Assembly: GCA_036844705.1 (NCBI GenBank)
Contig: DAIUFH010000001.1
Location: forward strand, 24,456-88,455
Direction of reading: 5' to 3'
Length of the DNA stretch: 64,000 nt
Source of the DNA: Tissierella sp.
Lineage (GTDB): Bacteria; Bacillota; Clostridia; Tissierellales; Tissierellaceae
The notes under the pieces are model-generated. The model was not told the DNA's origin, did not search any database, and worked only from the letters and a program-made list of their open reading frames with translations. Below, piece after piece: positions 60,596 to 64,000 of this stretch. Position 1 is the first letter of the stretch. Each line of letters opens with the position of its first letter. Position numbers and translations under genes: made by a program.

Positions 60596-61087
60596 ATGGA
60601 TAGCCCTATTATACTACTAGTACTTTGGTTTATTATTAATATTGTAATAAAAAGTGCAAAGGATAAAAAGAAAATTGAAGAGTCAAGACAAAAGCGTGCA
60701 CGACAGTTAAATGACAGACCTATCAATAAACCTTCTGTTTCAAAGAATACACGAGAAGGCAAAAATATTATTGATACGTTCAGAGAAGAAATAGAAAAGG
60801 AAATAAATAAAGAAAAAGATATCAACAGGAAAAAGAAAATACAGAGCGCAGTACAACAAAAACCAATCCAAACACCGGTCAACAAAAAAAATATTGCCAT
60901 GCAAGATTCTTTCATGGAGGCTAAATCCGGTGTAGATACTTTTAATTCTAAAGAAATGGAAGATACAGAGAATAATAAAGAAAAACAATTTAATATAGAT
61001 TTGAAAAATGATTTACTGAAGGGGATAATTTTTTCTGAAATATTGTCAGAACCTAAGAGTATTAGAAACATTAAAAGGAGCATGTAA
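60596..61087 (+). CDS. Hypothetical Lys-rich membrane-anchored protein
   Basis: N-terminal TM 'IILLVLWFIINIVI' and a highly charged body. A mirror ORF of identical length lies on the minus strand. Plus strand chosen for operon direction and the AGGATGTGA RBS. Confidence 0.45.
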   Translation: MDSPIILLVLWFIINIVIKSAKDKKKIEESRQKRARQLNDRPINKPSVSKNTREGKNIIDTFREEIEKEINKEKDINRKKKIQSAVQQKPIQTPVNKKNIAMQDSFMEAKSGVDTFNSKEMEDTENNKEKQFNIDLKNDLLKGIIFSEILSEPKSIRNIKRSM

Positions 61088-61153
61088 AAGTGCTTCTTTT
61101 TCTTTGTAATAGATACTTATAATGCATCATAAGATAGATTGGAGGGATATATA

Positions 61154-61432
61154 ATGAAAAAAAGTATTGATGATATAAAAACCAATCTATCTGAAGCATT
61201 AGAATTACCAATAGATATTACTTTAGATTTACCTAAAATCATTATTGTCGGAAATAAAGAGATTAGTATATTTAATCATAAAGGAATAATCGAGTACACT
61301 AGCCTTATGATTCGCATTAATTCGAGAATAGGAATTATTAAGGTTATCGGAGAAGATCTGGAGATAAAAAACATATTAACAGAAGAAATCTTAATAGTTG
61401 GAAATATAGAAAATGTTGAAATCATAAGCTAG
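61154..61432 (+). CDS. yqfC: Sporulation protein YqfC
   Basis: 'LPKIIIVGNKEISIFNHKGIIEY'. ATG at 61154 behind GGAGGG. Precedes yqfD. Confidence 0.88.
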   Translation: MKKSIDDIKTNLSEALELPIDITLDLPKIIIVGNKEISIFNHKGIIEYTSLMIRINSRIGIIKVIGEDLEIKNILTEEILIVGNIENVEIIS

Positions 61433-61442
61433 GAGTGATAAT

Positions 61443-62624
61443 ATGCTAGCTATAAAAATATGGAATTATTTAAAGGGTTATGTTATTATTAGAATTGAAG
61501 GTTTATCCTTGGAAAGATTGTTAAACTTAGCATTAACAAATAATATATATTTGTGGGATGTTAAAAAACTAAACAATTTTCAGGTTGAGGTTTCAGTAAG
61601 TCTAAAAGGTCTTAAAGAGCTTGAAGTATTAATCAATAAGGTAGGATGCAAGGAAGAAATCTTAATACGAAATGGGTTTCCTTTTATATTAGAGAGAATG
61701 AAAAAAAGAAAGATGTTTGTCGGTGGTTTTATTATATTTTTCTTTATTATATTTATGTTATCCTCTTTTATTTGGAAAATAGAAATAAATGGTGCTTTAC
61801 AGACACCAACCGAAGATATAATTTCTTTTCTTAATGAAAATGGGGTAAGTACTGGTACTCCTAAGATGGCCATATCTGAAGAGGATTTGAAGTTATTATT
61901 GGTTAATGAATATGACTATTTTTCCTTTATCAATATTAAAACACAAGGTGTTAAACTAGTAATAGAAGTAAAGGAAGAAGATTTGCCACCAGAGATTGTT
62001 GATAGAAATTACCCAGCAAATATCGTTGCTAGAAAAAAAGGGGTAATAACTAAAGTAGTAGCTAGAAATGGAGATGCAGTAGTAAAAGCTGGTCAAATTG
62101 TTAAGGAAAATCAGATTTTGATAAGTGGTGCAATGGAAAGTGCTGATGATAGTTTTTACTTAGTTCATGCAGATGGGGAAGTATTAGCAAGAACAAGGTA
62201 TGAGGCTACAGTTGAAGAACAAATTGTAAAAAAAGTTGAAAAAGAAACAGGAAGAAAAATTGAACAAAATGGTTTGAAAATAAATAAAAGAGGGATTAAA
62301 TTTATAAAGGATATTCCTTTTGATAATTACAAAGAATATATTGAAGAAAAAAAACTTATAAATTGGGAAGCCATAGATTTTCCTATAAAGATTTTAACCT
62401 ATGAATATAGAGAAGTAGAATTAAAAGAAATAAAACAGGATATAGATTTTATTAAACAAGCTAATCAAATAAAGGCTATTGAGAAGATAAATAATGAGAT
62501 ATACGAAGGAGCTGAAATTGTCTCTAAAGAAGTTGTTCATAATATTGATGGAAATATTTTAACAACTACAGTTTATGTTGAGGCAATAGAAGAAATTGGG
62601 AAGAAGGTTATCATAAATAACTAG
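61443..62624 (+). CDS. yqfD: Sporulation protein YqfD (stage IV)
   Basis: 'YLKGYVIIRIEGLSLERLLNL', single TM. Conserved yqfC-yqfD-phoH order. Confidence 0.9.
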   Translation: MLAIKIWNYLKGYVIIRIEGLSLERLLNLALTNNIYLWDVKKLNNFQVEVSVSLKGLKELEVLINKVGCKEEILIRNGFPFILERMKKRKMFVGGFIIFFFIIFMLSSFIWKIEINGALQTPTEDIISFLNENGVSTGTPKMAISEEDLKLLLVNEYDYFSFINIKTQGVKLVIEVKEEDLPPEIVDRNYPANIVARKKGVITKVVARNGDAVVKAGQIVKENQILISGAMESADDSFYLVHADGEVLARTRYEATVEEQIVKKVEKETGRKIEQNGLKINKRGIKFIKDIPFDNYKEYIEEKKLINWEAIDFPIKILTYEYREVELKEIKQDIDFIKQANQIKAIEKINNEIYEGAEIVSKEVVHNIDGNILTTTVYVEAIEEIGKKVIINN

Positions 62625-62639
62625 GAGGTATTGTAAAGT

Positions 62640-63605
62640 TTGACAAATTCGATAGAACGTGGCATTGAAATTGAAAATCATGGGATTATTAATGAGATAT
62701 TTGGTGAATTTGATGAAAATCTAGATATCATTAAGAAAGAATTGAATGTGGATGTTTTTATAAGGAATGGTCAGGTAAAGATATATGGTGATTCAGAAGC
62801 CGTAAACATGGGTGAAAAGCTGATTTATAACCTTATAATTATGGTTCAGAGCTATAAACATCTGGATAAACAGGATTTAAGATATGCTATTCAGCTGGTA
62901 ATGGCAGGAAGGGAAGAAAATTTAGGGGATTTACTTAAAGAGGTTGTTTGTGTGACTGCCTCTGGAAAGAGTATTAAGCCAAAGACATTAGGACAAAAAA
63001 GATATCTGGATTCTATAAAGCAAAATGATATTGTATTTGGAATAGGGCCAGCTGGAACTGGGAAGACATATCTAGCTATGGCTATGGCAGTACAATCTTT
63101 CAAAAATAAAGAGGTAAATAGAATTATATTGACAAGACCTGCTGTTGAAGCAGGTGAGAACCTAGGCTTTTTACCTGGTGATTTACAGGAAAAGGTAGAT
63201 CCTTATCTTAGACCAATATATGATGCTTTATTTGATATTTTAGGACCTGAAACATATTCTAAATATGTTGAAAGGGGACTGATTGAGGTTGCTCCATTGG
63301 CATATATGAGAGGAAGAACCCTAGATTCTGCATATGTTATACTGGATGAAGCTCAGAATACATCAAATGAGCAGATGAAGATGTTCTTAACTAGATTAGG
63401 ATTTGGCTCAAAAGCTATCATAACTGGCGATATAACCCAGGTAGACCTACCAAAGGGCAAGCAGTCAGGACTAAAAACAGTTACTAAAGTTTTAAATAAT
63501 GTTAAAGGAATTGATTTTATACAGCTTTCTAAATATGATATCGTTAGACATCCATTAGTTCAAAGGATAATAGATGCTTATGAAAAATATGATAATTCAA
63601 ATTAA
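62640..63605 (+). CDS. phoH: PhoH-family ATPase
   Basis: Walker A 'GPAGTGKTYLA', 'ILDEAQN', 'TGDITQVDLP'. Confidence 0.95.
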   Translation: MTNSIERGIEIENHGIINEIFGEFDENLDIIKKELNVDVFIRNGQVKIYGDSEAVNMGEKLIYNLIIMVQSYKHLDKQDLRYAIQLVMAGREENLGDLLKEVVCVTASGKSIKPKTLGQKRYLDSIKQNDIVFGIGPAGTGKTYLAMAMAVQSFKNKEVNRIILTRPAVEAGENLGFLPGDLQEKVDPYLRPIYDALFDILGPETYSKYVERGLIEVAPLAYMRGRTLDSAYVILDEAQNTSNEQMKMFLTRLGFGSKAIITGDITQVDLPKGKQSGLKTVTKVLNNVKGIDFIQLSKYDIVRHPLVQRIIDAYEKYDNSN

Positions 63606-63640
63606 TTTTATAGAATTAGTAATATAATTAGGGTAATAGA

Positions 63641-63673
63641 AAAAGTAGATCACTTAAAAGGTATCTACTTTTG
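63641..63673 (+). terminator. Hairpin/terminator after phoH
   Basis: AAAGTAGAT ... ATCTACTTT followed by TT. A second hairpin, AACCTGAGC/GCTCAGGTT, follows at 63682-63709. Confidence 0.55.
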
Positions 63674-63719
63674 TGTCATTTAACCTGAGCATAGCTTTAC
63701 GCTCAGGTTGAAAAGAGGG

Positions 63720-64000
63720 GTGATATATCTGAAATATTATATAGATAACAGACAGTCAAAATATGAGATAACTGAAGAATTAGAAAAACTATTGGAATTA
63801 GTTATAAATGAAGCTTTGATGGTTGAAGGTATTTCAAAGGACTATGAAGTTAGCATTTCCTTTGTGGAGAATTCTGAAATAAGAGAATTAAATAGAGAAT
63901 ATAGAGGTGTAGATAGTGAAACGGATGTATTATCATTCCCTATGGAGGATGAATTTGAAATCTCGACCCTATTATTGGGGGATATAATCATATCTATAGA
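63720..64000 (+). CDS. ybeY: Endoribonuclease YbeY, 3'-truncated by the window edge
   Basis: 'ISFVENSEIRELNREYRGVDSETDVLSFP'. Start uncertain (GTG at 63720 or CTG at 63729). Confidence 0.8.
   Translation, partial: MIYLKYYIDNRQSKYEITEELEKLLELVINEALMVEGISKDYEVSISFVENSEIRELNREYRGVDSETDVLSFPMEDEFEISTLLLGDIIISI

Noticed and set aside
60592-61083. 163-aa minus-strand mirror ORF
   Set aside because: The plus-strand frame is preferred for operon direction, a plausible RBS and an N-terminal TM. The choice remains low confidence (see finding).

Overview
Chromosomal segment from a low-GC, endospore-forming, selenium-utilising Firmicute with Clostridia-type synteny; the species cannot be named from the sequence alone. 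About three quarters of the window is conserved housekeeping in the classic order. That order runs radical-SAM/DUF2344, rng, rplU-prp-rpmA, obg, yhbY, nadD, yqeK, rsfS, ridA, then a convergent D-Ala-D-Ala carboxypeptidase, comEA and selD-selA-selB. It resumes with comEC, holA, rpsT, gpr, spoIIP, lepB, lepA, hemW, hrcA-grpE-dnaK-dnaJ (with a perfect CIRCE operator), prmA, rsmE, mtaB, hit, rpsU, yqeY, nfeD-floA, yqfC-yqfD, phoH and ybeY. The selD ORF in the track is truncated: the real gene starts at 10246 and reads through an in-frame TGA (selenocysteine) at 10285-10287. Two blocks are unusual. (1) 15.4-29.8 kb is a terminator-bounded, co-directional block of 14 genes plus 2 micro-ORFs, wedged between selB (plus an atypical orphan response regulator) and tRNA-Sec. 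It joins a PgsA-less poly-gamma-glutamate synthase (pgsB, pgsC, a bitopic PGA-system protein) to a lipoprotein GGT/CapD-family enzyme and a lipoprotein of unknown function. It also carries two duplicated modules of [DctM-like permease + unannotated ~50-aa membrane peptide + extracytoplasmic AstE/AspA-type M14 zinc hydrolase], its own histidine kinase/response regulator, and an orphan protein. This is my best candidate for an undescribed system: a coupled PGA or gamma-glutamyl-polymer synthesis, trimming and re-import circuit. (2) 30.6-36.6 kb holds a PucR-family regulator with dihydroorotase, DUF3311, a Na+/solute symporter, pyrK and pyrD. There is no pyrB/F/E and no PyrR attenuator, which suggests orotate/dihydroorotate catabolism rather than biosynthesis. 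Two relatively GC-rich, structured intergenic repeat elements (39.06-39.21 kb and 58.12-58.23 kb) are also noted. I saw no CRISPR, integrase, transposase, prophage or recognisable defence genes. All assignments rest on by-eye motif and family recognition; no searches were run.
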